Source of the DNA: the human T2T-CHM13v2.0 reference genome, Homo sapiens
DNA: 64,000 bases
Assembly: GCF_009914755.1 (NCBI RefSeq)
Contig: NC_060926.1
Strand: one strand, 5' to 3'
Under the pieces are notes generated by a model, which was not told the origin of the DNA, did not search any database, and worked only from the letters and a program-made list of their open reading frames with translations. How positions within the stretch are numbered: the stretch's first letter is position 1; each line of letters starts with the position of its first letter. Positions 43,311 through 57,945 of this stretch are shown piece after piece. Position numbers and translations under genes: made by a program.

Positions 43311-44627
43311 TTGAAATAATAGACTCCAGGAAAATCCACTGAGGTCTGGATTTCCAGTTTTGCCTCCTGAGATTGCTACTAACACTCGTTTACCATTGCT
43401 GGGCCTGACAAAGGAGGCTTATTACTGCATTTCTTTTTGAAAAGAGGATTATGGGTCTTCCTCCCAGGATTTACCATCTCCCATTTTATTCCTCACTCAC
43501 AAGGCTCCAGTAACAGAGGACAATAGAGCTTTTGATGTTGGTAAATCTCCAAGGGAAGCTTACCCTCTGATGCAAAGTTCCCTGGGACGGTTTCCAGATA
43601 AAGAAATTTACAAGCACCTGTGTGTTACGTGCTCTTCCCAAACCCGTGGTTGCTTTCCTGTGGTGTAGATGTATAGGTCATTAGATACGCCCAAGTGCTC
43701 CTACAACTCTATGTGCTTCTACAAGTCCATGAAAGAAGCAGAGGGTGCTGCAGGAGCATTTCTGGGGCACACAGAACCAAACTTTCCTAGGATGAGGATT
43801 GGAGGTGAGATGAATTTTGGAGATGTCAAGACTAGGAATTAGATAGACAAAGGGCAGAGGGAGTAGGAATGCTCTTATTAAGAGGAAGCAGCAACCAAAG
43901 TATATAATGAGAGCAGGAGAATACTTTGAAATGCTTATGTCCTGACATAAGGTTTTAAAGGGTTATAAAATCTTAATCAAATGAGCATAGTATCATGGAA
44001 AGAAATATGGTTTTATAATCAAGCCAACATTCCATTCCAGCTCAGTCACAAAATATTTTGAGCCTTATAAATCATTTTATCTGTGAAATGTAGATAATGA
44101 TACCTATGTGACAGTATTATTGTGGTAATTAAATTATAAATGTTGCCACATAGGTGTCATTTGATGCCTGGCCTTTAAAGTAGTAGAAATCTGGTGGGTT
44201 TTAATGATAAGATCAATAATATTGCATGGAGCTAATTTTTACTGACTTCATTACATGTGTTTATCTAATGATTACAACTTCATGCTAAGAATTTTCATTA
44301 TCCCCATTATAAAGATAATTGAGACTTAGAAACAGTAAGTGACATGCCCACAGTCACATAGCCAAAAAGTGGCACATCTGGTAGTCTGACCTAAGCCCCA
44401 TTTCTTAACTGCTCTCCACTGTCTCCCTGTAATAGTCAATACACAGCTATTATTATTGTTATCATTGTCATTATTATGATCATTATTTAAAATTCAAAGG
44501 TCTTGAGGTCATAACCAGAATTCTGATATCAAACATCTATGATATGCTTTTTTTTCTGGAGCAAGAGTTTGCAGATTATCTTTAAGGTATTTCCACTTTT
44601 GTTGTTATACCTCATAATTTACATGGC

Positions 44628-45089
44628 AGATCAGAGTTAAATTCAGCTTAAAATGATAGATGATCCCAGATAACAATGGCTTAAATAAGAGAGAAATTTA
44701 TTTCTCACTCATATAAAGAAACTCAGAGGTAGGCAATCCCTGACAGGGTGGTTTCAGGGACCCAGAACCTAGACTTCTCAGGGACCCAGACTCCTTCAGC
44801 CTTTTTGCTTGGCTAGCCGTCCTTAGCAGGTGGCTTGCACCTCATGATCTAGTGTGGCGGCAGCCACATATCGGCTTTCTAACCAGTAGGAAGGAGAAAA
44901 GGGAGATGAAGGTCAGGTCATACCCTTCCCTGTTAAGGACACTTCCCTAAGTCACACCTGAAAATTGGCATACATGCCATTGGCCAGAATTTAGTCACAT
45001 TTAATATAATCCTTGCTAAAAATTAGGGGTTTTATTACTAAAGAAGAAGAGGAAAATAGTCTTGGAGAAAACTAGAAGCTTCTGCCGTA
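44628..45089 (-). mobile_element. MLT1J/K-type LTR
   Basis: aacaatggcttaaataag..tttatttctc..cattggccagaatttagtcacat. Confidence 0.7.
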
Positions 45090-45559
45090 CTAGTAATAAA
45101 ATTTTAAGATACAATAAATATTTAATGTAGATGTTCAATTTGTTCTTTAAAATGTGATATTTAAAAACCAGCAAAAAAAAAAAAAACAACAGCTTTTTAA
45201 ATTCATGCCTAAGGTTCTAATCAACTATGTCTTTTACAAAAAACATTGTCAAAGAGGTCATACAACCTTGGTATTCTTGGCTGGGCTTCGCTTCTAGCTT
45301 TTCATCTTATTCAAATCACTTTCTTTTGTTGGGCTTTAGTTTCATCATATGTAAAATGAGTAGGGGTAAACTAGAATTTATCTAATATCCTTCCAGTTCT
45401 ACCTATTATTACTGAATGACATAGGTAAATCACATTCATTTACTTACAAGAATTTTAAAGTAATTTAAGTGTTATAGGGCAAAAATCTAGCAATGAGCCA
45501 GTTTTCTCAGGAGTAGATACAGATTTATCTTTGTATATTTATATCCTTCCTCATCATAG

Positions 45560-46560
45560 AAAAGAAAAAGACTTCTATCTATCCCTGAAAAACACTATAA
45601 TAAAAAATGAAATAAGCAGAATAAACATCAGAAAAAATAAACATCAGAAAAGAGATTAAACTGACATCTTTTGCTGATTATATATATTGAAAATCCAAAG
45701 ATTCAAGTAACAACAAAAATTAGTAAAAACTGGATAAGGAGACTAGCTATCAGATAAATTACAAAAAAAGTAGCCTTTTCTTTTAGCTTATCAAAAAATA
45801 TTCAGAAATTAAAATTAGAAAAAATGTTCTATGTTCAGTAGCAACCAAGGTAATATTTAGGATTAAAAAATGAAAGAAAGACAAAGTGCTTATATGTAAC
45901 TGTAAATCTTATTGAAGAACAGAAAATACAGTTAAAAATTAAAAGACAATAGGAAAACATCATATATATATATACATATATATATAATAATTATAATGCC
46001 ACAAGGGTTTTTATTTTAGGCATGCATTTTTAAGTTGTTTTACATGGTTTTCAAGTTTGTCTGGAAGGCTGCATTCTCAAGATTAGAGGTATTTAAAAAA
46101 AGAGTGAGGGTAAGCTTGCATTACCAGGTGCCAGAACACACAAGCATTATAATCAAATAATATGGAATAGGCATATGAATAGACAAGTAGACCAATGGAA
46201 CAAAATAGAGTATTCACAAAGGTATTTCATTGTTATAAGATTTTATGAATTATCAACAAAGGTGGCATTTCAATTCAGCAGGAAGAATGTAGCTTATTTA
46301 ACAGATGGTACTACTGGCACAACTGATTAACCATTTAGAAACAAGCGAATCTGAACCCCTATCTCACATTACATAAAATGAATTTCGGGCATATTAAAGA
46401 CTTCAATTTTTTAAAGCCTCAGAAGAAAATCTAAGCGACATTTGGATAATCTAGATATAGTGGGAAATAAGCAATCAAGAAGCTATAAAATAATAGGGAT
46501 ATTTGACTCCATAGAATTGTAAACTTTCATTATGTCAAAAGATGTCATTAACATAGAAAT
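45560..46560 (+). mobile_element. Old L1 (L1M) ORF2/3' fragment
   Basis: gaatagacaagtagaccaatggaacaaaatagag..ccctatctcac are L1 ORF2 motifs. Confidence 0.75.
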
Positions 46561-46809
46561 TTGCCATATATTTTAGTATGCTTTAGAAGATAGATCTCTG
46601 TATCCTCTGTACCATAATGCCTGGTCCATAACTGAGATTCAGATTGCAACATATGAGGTAGAACAGGGTAAGAGCTACTACAAACAGGATAGACTATGTA
46701 CTGAGACATTTTAGACATGGGAGAACAAATCTGTTTTCAATAGATTTCTTAAGTTGCTTCTTTGGTCCTCAAAACTTTTTTCAGTAAGAGTATGACAGTT
46801 AATCCAACT

Positions 46810-47620
46810 CAACAGTTCAAACATTAATTGAGTGCCTATTATGTGTCAAGCCCTCTACTGGAAAAAAGATAGAAACAAAAAGAGATAGACTTCTTGATAG
46901 AGCTTATGGTAGGGAAGGGACAATAAACAGATGATTAAAAATTGATCAGTCTGAAAAATGGGGTGAAGAATATGCTCCTGTGGACATATATAACAAAGAG
47001 AATAACAGCCTATGGAATCTAGGACAGAGACAAAGTGGCATTTGTGTTGACATCCTAAGTAGGAATAGGAGTCAGCCAGGTGAAGAGAGGCACAGAAAGA
47101 GTGCTCCCCACAGAAGCCCTAGCATGTACAAGGGCTGGATTTGATAGTGAACCTGTTGAAAAACTGGAGCTTCTTAAAAAGGGACTTGGGTGAATGGCAC
47201 TAGATACTAGGATGAGGCTGAAGAGTTAGGTAGCAAGCTGCCAGGTTCCAGATTGTGATGAATCTTCCAAGCAGTATTAAGCAATTTTACTCCATCTTAA
47301 GAGCAGTAAGAATCTATTGGAAGCTTTAGAAAGGAAGTGATTTGATCGGACTTGCATTTTCAAAAGATACTTTTGGAGAATGGATTAAGAAGATGCTAGA
47401 TGGAAGCAGACCAGTTTGGAGGCTATTGCAGTTGCCCAGATGACAGATGATGTTCCTTTTGATATGGCACAAATTCAGAGACTTGTATAAATCTGAGAGA
47501 ATTTAGGAGGTAGATCATCGGGGAGCGTGGCTGTGTTTGTAAGGAAAGAAAAAGAGGAGAGAGAGACTGTTTATGAATGATTGGGTAAATGGTGGTATAA
47601 TTCTTCAGACAGAGAATCCA
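46810..47620 (-). mobile_element. L2 fragment
   Basis: ttcaaacattaattgagtgcctattatgtg...ggaggctattgcagt. Confidence 0.75.
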
Positions 47621-49242
47621 CACCAAGTATCTATTCTTTTTTTTGGTGACTCTTAACAATAGCCAAGAAGTTAATCCAAAAAATGACACTCCCTTTACAT
47701 TGTTCTAAAAAAGAACTTTTCGGAATAAAAATGTGACTCACATCAAACTCTCACCAGCCAACAGGGTCTGCAATGCCCCCAGACTACTGAATTACCATTC
47801 AATTCCACTGAGGTTTCCTCAGGGCTACAGTTTTTGTCAAGTGTTCCCAATCTTTTTCAGCAGCACTGCTTTATACTTCTAAGACTTAGTAATGCCAACA
47901 ACTTTTTCAAGCTCCCAAGGTTAGTAGTTGATCGAAAGAACACATAGTGACAAATAGCTACTATAAATTTAGAAATGTTAAAATTAATTCATATTTTATT
48001 AATAGTGATAGAATTGACATGAATTTGAAAAATAATGCAATATGTGAAAGAAACCCTATTCAGTTTCCAAAGCTTAGTGTTCATTTGCATTCACAGACTC
48101 TTGGCAATAATTTGTTGGATTCCCCCACCTTCAGACTTCACCCCAGCAATCGACAGACCAAATTTTATTTTTCAAGATGAACATTTTGTTTGAAATAAGA
48201 AACAAAGCTAATATTAACATGATCTTTTTAAGAATTTCACATTCTTTAGAAACCAAAGCAAAAAGCATTTGGTCCCTAATGATGGCATTAAGACAGGGCA
48301 ATGAGATTATATAAGCATGTGTTCTTTCTGCTCCCCTATAAGTATGCCCTTAGGTTTAAAAACTAGAGTCTATCCATAATGAGGGCATACATTGCACTAA
48401 GGCAGATGTACCTACCTCTAAACGTCGTGATTAAAAGAGGAGTTATTTTAAGGATAAACATCAGAACTAGCCCTCCAGAGCCATCAGGAACCAGCAGATC
48501 TCTAGGGATTTATTGTCTTGTGAGATTCAAGATGTTCCTCTAACTATAGATAGCATTTCAGCTTTTCTCTCTGCAGTTTAGCTTTGCGTTCACTATTGAT
48601 GAATGATCTGGTGCCATCTGTCTTCCATTCCAAATCCATGAAGGGGCAAGGCTGATTATTTTTACCTCTATTTGCAGAGTTCTTCCAACTATCCAACCCT
48701 ACTAGTCTTATCACCTGGCCTGTACTGTGCCACTCTTGGGTCGGTGACTCAACCTTGATTGCCATCTCTGCCTAAAAACAGCTTAACACTACCTCCTTGA
48801 ACTTGAAGTATGAATAGAGCCATTTCTGCTAACAACAACAACAAAAAAAGGGATAGGACATATTAATAACCAATATGCTCAATATATTTGACAAGAAACC
48901 ACCAGAAAGGTGAGATAAAGGGAGAAGGGAAATTACTTCATCCCAAAAATAAATCAAGCACCACTTACATGTGTTACATAATGCATTATCCTCAGAGCAA
49001 AACCCAGCAGGGTTATAAAATTATCTCCATTTAACAGAAGAGGATAGTGAGGCTTTGAGAGCTCATTAATGTGCTTCATTATCCAGCAGATTCAGGCCTG
49101 TTGGACTCCACAGCATGGCTTGTTTGCAAATTCATTGTAGCTGGGGGTGTTTAGCTATGTGTGGCATCAGTCAGTACTGTATGGAGAGAATACAGAATAT
49201 GGAAAATATTGGTCAGTCACCTTGTTCAGTTTATGTCAGTCA

Positions 49243-49515
<273 letters not shown>

Positions 49516-51514
49516 TTATTATAAAGTTAATATTAGATAATGATCATGAATCTAGAAAAAAATTAAAGTAGAAAAATAAAAATTATCATCCTAATATTCA
49601 AAGGTAGGTATTGTGATTATTTGGTGTTTTTCTTTCTGGTTTCTTATCTATGTTCTTTTTTTGTTTTGTTTTACATAGTGGTGACATAGATAAAATTTAC
49701 CTTCTTACTTCTAAATAGTCTTCTTAAAAATCAATTCCTTTAATTACATGAAGGTTTTTTCAGAGTCACACCTTTCTTTGTCTCTTTCCTTGTTTCAGAA
49801 AGGATTTCAGTTAGGTTTAGGAAATGTGTCAAGCATCGTAAAATAAAATAAAACAGAAAAAATGAATTAGAAAGGAGAGGTTTCAAAAAGGAAAACAAGG
49901 CTTTCTTTTATTTGTTCTGGCCTAAATTTCTTTTTTTCACCCCCATTTTTTTCACAAGTGTTGATTGGCCCACACTTCTGATCATTAAGTAGAAGTTTTT
50001 CTATGTGGTCTGGCAACCACTTTGTGCCTTCCTTGAGTCTTTCCAATCTAAAATGCATTTTCAGAGCCTATAAGCTGAAAGGAACTATGTCTGGATAGAT
50101 GGCCAAAGATTGTGTTTCATTTTTGTAATGAGATGCATATTTATCATTAAATGTACCTTTATTACACCATCTCATTAGGCTGTTCAGAGTGGTTTTTAAG
50201 AAATTATTCCAATACTTATGCTTAGGATTCTGTAAAAACAACAACAGCAGCAACTACAAATGATTATATCCTCATTGTGTGTTCTTAGTACAATGGCAGA
50301 AAACCAGATGACTCAAAGTGTTACTCCCCTTCCAACTTTGTTTTTTTTTCTATTTTAGAACCTCTAAAGATAAGAATTTCTCAAGTTGCTTTACAAATTT
50401 GTGTTAAACGGCTGTGCCTAGTATCTGAATTCACAGATGAAAATAGAAACTTTATAAAATTATTTTTTAAAACACTTGCTGAATGCCCACATGGTATAAT
50501 TATTGATGAGCAAGACAGACTCCCACCTTCAAAGCAGTCAGGGTCTAATGGAGTCGGACAAGTAAACAAATAGTTGCAATGAACAAAAAACTAGCTTGAA
50601 AGTATCGCAGATGCAATTGTAGTATCAACAAAGTAGTCGTAAGATTACGGAAATTAACCTGAATTTCAATTTAGTTGAATTTCTATACCAAATTTGTATG
50701 TCATGAAAATGAAATCACTTCAGAATTAGCAATGGAGTATCAGAGAAATGTATTTTTTCCTAAACTTAAAATGGACATGCTTTAAATTAGCAAAATTTTT
50801 AGAGTTATGGGACAATTTTCTTTTTAGTATTCTACCATGTTTCCTTTGAGATGAACATGATTACTGTCTATGGTAAGAGCTAGAAGAAAAAAGATTATCT
50901 AAAATCATAGATGGCCGTTTGATTAATCTTCAACATTGTAAAGTACCTAGGACAATGTTAGTCTGGATTAGGGAGAAGTCTGAATTACAAAATACTTTAA
51001 AAGAAAATACTTTTTTATTGGGAGAAATTTCAAACATACAGAAAAATTCGGAGAATTATATAATAAATATCCATTGATCTACCCAGAAGTTATGAATATT
51101 AATGCCTTCTCATATTTTGAAATTATTTTCATTTCTATTCTCAATCTCACTCACCTACCTTCTTCCTCAAAGCAATCATTCTATTTAATTTGGTATGTAT
51201 TTTCTTCATGAACACTTTTATTTTTACTTAATATGTAGATCTATACAGTATCATTTTTGATATTTAAGTAGCTGACATCATACTTAATGTATCATTCACC
51301 AAATTGCTTCTCTCAAAAGTACTTTTAGATCATGTTTATTATGATAATATTATATGCTATTATCAATTTACATGTGATAGTTAGTGCCTAATACAACAAC
51401 AGAGAAAGAAAAATATATTCAATAAAACTGTGTTAGGATAACTGAATGTCTACAGGGCAAAAATAAAATTAGAGTTCATGTAATATTATTCATTTATTAT
51501 AACTACTATACAGC

Positions 51515-51886
51515 TGAGATGGTTTGGCTGTGTCCCCACCCAAATCTCATCTTGAATTGTAGTTCCCATAATTCCCACGTCATGGGAGGGACCAGGTGGA
51601 CTTAACTGAATCAGCAGTTCCTGCATGCTGTTCTAGTGATAGTGAGTCAGTTCTCATGAGATCTGCTGGTTTTATAAGGGTCTTCCTTGCTTCAATGGGC
51701 ACTGATTCTTCTCTCTCCCGCCACCATGTGAAGAAGGATGTGTTTGCTTCCCCTTCTGCTGTGATTGTAAGTTTCCTGAGGCCTCCCCAGCCATGCTGAA
51801 CTGTGAGTCAAATAAACCTCTTTTTTTTAATAAATTATCCAGTCCCTAGTATGTTTTTATTAGCAGCGTGAGAACAGACTTATACA
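51515..51886 (+). mobile_element. THE1 (C/D-type) solo LTR
   Basis: tgagatggtttggctgtgtccccacccaaatctcatcttgaattgtag...gtgagaacagacttataca. Confidence 0.92.
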
Positions 51887-53120
51887 GCAGTATTTCATCA
51901 TGCAACTATATCTTGTTATTTATTCCCTTTTTGATGAACATTTAGTTATCTTTTCTTTTTTTGCTATTACAAAGTTAGAGTGTACATCTTTTTCACATGG
52001 CTTCTTGTATATATATGTGAGATATATAGTGAAATGGAATTGCCAGATCATGCTCTATATGCATCTTCTGCTGTATTAAATACTGCCAAATTGTTCTCTA
52101 CAGAAAATATACCAATTTATATTCCCACCAGCAGTATATTAGAAGAATTCATATTGCTCTACATCTTTGCAGTCATTTGGTATCATAATATTAAATTTTT
52201 AAATCAAACTGATTATATAAAATGGTCCTTCATAATTTTTCATTTTCTTAATCTTTAGTGGCCATTTAGGTTTTCTTCTCTGTAAATTACTTATTCACAG
52301 GCCTTGCCTATTTTTTAATAGGATTGTTTGTCTTTTTCTTATCCATCATTTGGAATTCCTTATAAATTCTGAATGCAAACTATTTGTTATATACATTGCA
52401 GATATTATCTCTTTGTCTGTCACTTATTTAACTTTGTTTATGGTTGCTTTTGTCTTAAAAACAAAATTTTAAATTTTGAGATAGTTGGATTTATCAACCT
52501 CTTACCATGATTTAAAATACTGTGTTAAGTTTGGGTTTTAATCTAACTGAAACGTATTTTTGAGATTGGTGTGAGGTTGAAATCTAATTTTATTTTTGCC
52601 CTGTAGACATTCAGTTATCCTAACACAGTTTTATTGAATATATTTTTCTTTCTCTGTTGTTGTATTAGGCACCCACTATCACATGTAAAGTCCCAAATGT
52701 TTAGCTCTCTGTTCTATTGCCATTTTGTATTTTTCCATTATTTTATCAGTACCAAACTGTATTAAATAGTGTGGCTTTATAATAAGCTTAGATATTTAAT
52801 GGAGTAGAACACTATCCGTGGTCTTCCTCAAAGTTGTCTTAAATATTACTGACCTTTTGCTTTTTCATTTGGTTAAACTTCATAAAAAATATACTTGGGA
52901 TTTTTATTAGAATTGAATTGAGTGTTTATACTAATGATAACAGAACTGATGCATTATAAGATGATTTGGTTTCCAGGTATATTTAAAATTTATTCAAATT
53001 TTTAAAAATAAAGTTCTATAGTTTTCTCCATAAAATTTTGCCACAGTTTTATGAGGTGTATTCCTAGGCATCTTACATGATTTTGGTCTTGATGTAAAGA
53101 GAGTCTCATAGAGTCTCACT

Positions 53121-53427
53121 TTTTTTTTTTTTTTTTTTTTTTTTTAGAAGGAGTCTGCCTCTGTCGCCCAGGCTGGAGTGCGGTGGCGCGATCTCGGCCC
53201 CCTGCAAGCTCCGCCTCCCGAGTTCACTCCATTCTCGTGCCTCAGCCTCCGGAGTAGCTGGGACTACAGGCGGCCGCCACTACGCCAGGCTAATTTTTTT
53301 TGTATTTTTAGTAGAGACGGGGTTTCACTGTGTTAGCCAGGATGGTCTCGCTCTCCTGACCTCGTGATCCGCCTGCCTCGGCCTCCCAAAGTGCTGGGAT
53401 TACAGGCGTGAGCCACCATGACCGGCC
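53121..53427 (-). mobile_element. AluY
   Basis: Y-diagnostic gcaagctccgcctccc and gttagccaggatggtctc; TSD AGTCTCACTTTT at 53112 and 53430. Confidence 0.95.
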
Positions 53428-54031
53428 CAAGTCTCACTTTTTTAACGTCACTTTGCTATAGGTTTTTTGGTATGAACCTTTATCAGGTTAAGGATATTCG
53501 TTCTAGTCTTAATTTATTGAGAGTTTTCTTTTTCTTTTTAAAATAATCATTAATGTGTGCTGATTTTATTGAATGCTTTTCTAATAAAAAGCTTTTTTAC
53601 TTCTTTACTAATAAGGTCAATACCTGTAATAGATTTTCTAATATGTATCATTTTGCATTCCAGGAATAACCCCTGCTTGATAGTGATATTTTAAATACAT
53701 TGCTGGATTCTATTTGATAATTTGTAGGTATTTTACCTCTCTTTTCAAAAGTTAAATTAGTCTATTCTTTTTTTAGATGATTCCTTACAAATGGCATATA
53801 GCTGGATTTTACTGAGATGACGAATGTATTTAGAATTCCATCTATCTTCTTATATTATATTTTTAATATATGCTAGGCTTATTTTTTGGCCTCTCCCCTC
53901 ATTTTCTGTTTTCTATTGAATTAAGGTTTATTTATTTTCCTTCCTTTCTTCTATTTACCTAGAAGTTATAATTACCACTGTTTTGATACCTATTTTGTTA
54001 CCTTTTTAATATGTATACTTAACAATTCGGC

Positions 54032-54285
<254 letters not shown>

Positions 54286-54789
54286 TAGTTGTCTTTAAAC
54301 AAGTGAAGGACCTTGCATGTTTTAACTCCAAAACACAACCCCCATCATTCATGTCATTGCATCCTAGTATGTTTGTTGCACCTTAGTTTTTAATCCCAAA
54401 ACATCCCTTGTTGTTGTTTACCAACTTTTTTCATCTATTTCTTTACTCATCGTTGCTTCTTACAACTACTTCATTCTGGTTTCAGTGTCCTTCGTCCTGA
54501 AGTACATCCTTTAATAATAGGGTCCATAATTAGTATTTTCTCTAATTTTTATCCAGTTGAAAATGTCTTTATCTCACTCTCATTTTGAATAAACTTTAAC
54601 TGGGTATATAATTATTAGTTGATTTTTTTTCCTTTAGCATTTTGAAACTATTCTGTTGATTTCTGGCATTAAATGTGGCTGATGAGAAGGCTGACTTTAG
54701 ACTAATGGCTCTTCCTGTAAGTTAACCAAAATTTTCTTTCTGATAGATTTTAAGATAATTTTCTTCAACTTTTATGTTCTTCAATTTCA

Positions 54790-55135
<346 letters not shown>

Positions 55136-56532
55136 TATTGTCATGTGCCCACATGTGGACTTGTTTTATTTCTCCTACTCTGAAATTTGTAAAATGTTTT
55201 ATTCTGAATTTTTCAAATCTGAAAAACTCCATGGTTTAATTTCTCTCCTACTCTCTGTCTTATCTCGCTTTGGAGCTATTAATAGCTTCTCATTATTAGA
55301 AGCTATTAATTGGAGCTTCTCATTCTAGCTTCATTATCTCTTAATGTCTCTTCCATATTTTTCATCCGTTACCTCACTGTGCTCCATTCCAGATAATTTC
55401 ATTAGAACTAACTTCCAATTTACTCTTTCCTCTTCATCTGTGTCTCAACTATTATTTAAACTCTATTTAAAAATGTATTAACTTTATATTTTTAGAATTT
55501 CTATTCCATTATCCCTCATAATTAATTATTCTGATCTTCAAGTCTCTATTTTTAATTCTTTAACAAGAAATTACTGAAAACAGGTAATGAAAACATCCCT
55601 TTAAGACCATTTTAGAATTTGTAATTGCCAGAGCTCCATAATAGTTCCGTGATGTTTCTTGGCTTAGGGTTCTTACTTTGGGGAAATAGTACAAACTCAG
55701 ACTATAACTAGGTAAGCATTCCAATTCAGGATTCCAATTTCTTGTTTTAAAGTTTTTATTTTGGAATATTCGATGAAGGATCTTTTCCGCTCAGTCTATA
55801 TACCTGGCATAATGTAAAGGAGACATTTTGAAATCTTGCAAATCTCCAAATTGAGTGTCTGACTGGTAGTTTTCTTCATGAAATACAGTGAAGAGATTGA
55901 CCTCTTCTCTTTTCACTTCCATTATCAGCAGGAGGAGATGTGTTTTTTAAGGGGGACATTGTTCACAAAATAAACAAAGCTTTTTAGTTTTTGCTGTGTT
56001 TTTAAATCATTTATGAGACTCCCTACATGCGTAGGGTAGAATAAAGATTAACAAAACTGTACTTAAATGCAGATGCTTGGGAGAATCACTTATTAGGGCT
56101 ACACACCAGCCCTATACCAATCATGTTTTGAACGTGTGCTCCAAGAAACTTATAAACCACTTGACTTAATGAGCTATTTAGGCCCATTATGAAATACCTG
56201 AAAATTTAAATATTAAATCTATTAACACCAAAGGTTTATAGTATTTGGCATCAGGATTTTTCTGAGTGTGAGTATCTATGGATTGGTATTATTTGAAAAC
56301 TTATTTCCAAATGCAAATGGAATACACAGATTAATACAATCTGAGAAAATAAACCATAAAAGTAGATACTATTTATTAAGCATCTCCTATATCAGCCACT
56401 GCATTAGGTTTATTACCTACATTATTTCTAATTTTACAAATGCCCTTTCAGTCAGGTGGTAGTATCATAATTTTATAGATGAGGAAACTGAGCCTTAGAA
56501 AGGCTAATTGATTGTCAAAAATGGCAAGATTA

Positions 56533-56803
56533 GGCTAGGTGCAGTGGCTCACACCTGTAATCCCAGCACTTTGGGAGGCCGAGGTGGGTGGATCATGAGG
56601 TCAGGAGTTCGAGGCCAACCTGGCCATGATGGTGAAACCCCAATTCTACTAAAAATACCAGGTGCGGTGGTGGCGCCTGTAATCCTGGCTATGTGGGAGG
56701 CTGGAGTCGCTTGAACCCAGGAGGCGAAGATTGCAGTAAGCCGAGATTGCGCCACTGCACTGTAGCCTGGGGAACAGAGCAAGACTCCATCTCAAAAAAA
56801 AAA
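56533..56803 (+). mobile_element. AluS with deleted central linker, inserted next to a MIR (56370-56525, minus)
   Basis: ctactaaaaata joins directly to ccaggtgcggtgg. Confidence 0.9.
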
Positions 56804-57339
56804 TAGGCAAAACTAATTTACCCAAAATAAACTGGTAATATTTCCCTTTTTCAAACTTGGTTGATTAAAAACCTCCAAAGCACTTTAAAATAGGAGGGAA
56901 AGAAATAGACTTATGATCTAAAAATATGCAAAATACCAAGAGCTTATGTTTTAGCTATGGTTTGGGTCAGGCAACCTCCCTAGGTGTTTTGTAACCCTCA
57001 ACCACACTTTCCTTTAGGTACTAGGATGCTATCTAGCCGGAACCTAACACAACTAATAATAATTTTTTAAACAACATTGTAGCCTTTAATCTGATTTAAG
57101 GTTGTTTTTTCAGTTCTTCCTTGAGGTTGCTAATAATTAAGAACCCTACCTAGTGATGCATAACCCTACTGAGCTCATGAGCAGGCAAGGTAGCTATAGG
57201 AATTTAAAGTTGACGTTTCTTTCAACCAAGTTGACAGAGACAACCTCTTTGTATTAATATATGAAATGAACACATTTATATATTAATACCAAAAGTCATC
57301 ACTATCAAGATAGCCTATTTTTAAAAATGATCAAAAATT

Positions 57340-57825
57340 AAGATATTCATAGAACAAATATTTATTAAGCACCTACTCAGCACCAGGGACAATTCTAGGT
57401 ACAAAGAGTGCTAACAAGACAGACCAGGTTCCTGCCCTCTTGGAGCTTACATTCTAGTGAAAGTAGACAGTCAATAAATACTCATGTAAATTAACAAATA
57501 CACTAGATAAGTTCAGATCATTTTAAGAGCTACAAAGAATATAAAGCAAGGTAATTATATAGTCACTAGGAGTGTGTCATGGGAGAGACTAGTTGAAATA
57601 GGCCAGAAAGACCTGACAGGTCACATTTGAGCAGTGATCTGACTGGCAAGAAGCCAGCCATAAAGAATCTTAGGAAAAGAGAATTCTAAGGAGAGAGAGA
57701 AAAGTTCACATAAAGGCTGTAATATGAGAAGGAACTCAATATGTTAGAGAAGACCACAAAGTGAGTATGACTGAAGCACAGTAAATAACAGAGAGGGTAA
57801 TAAGAGATAAAGCTGGAGAGGTAGA
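57340..57825 (-). mobile_element. L2 fragment
   Basis: aacaaatatttattaagcacctact..cctgccctcttggagcttacattctagt. Confidence 0.8.
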
Positions 57826-57945
57826 AAGAACGTGCACCCTGATTTTCTTAAGGTAGTCCTGAACAATGCCTGTTGTCCTGGTGTAAATAATAGCACCTCC
57901 TTTCACTCTCAAAGTATGCTTTTTGGACAATAAATTATACAATCT
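57826..57945 (-). mobile_element. MER81-like hAT-Blackjack MITE
   Basis: atgcctgttgtcctggtgtaa..cctttcactctcaaagt..ttggacaataaattata. Confidence 0.7.
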
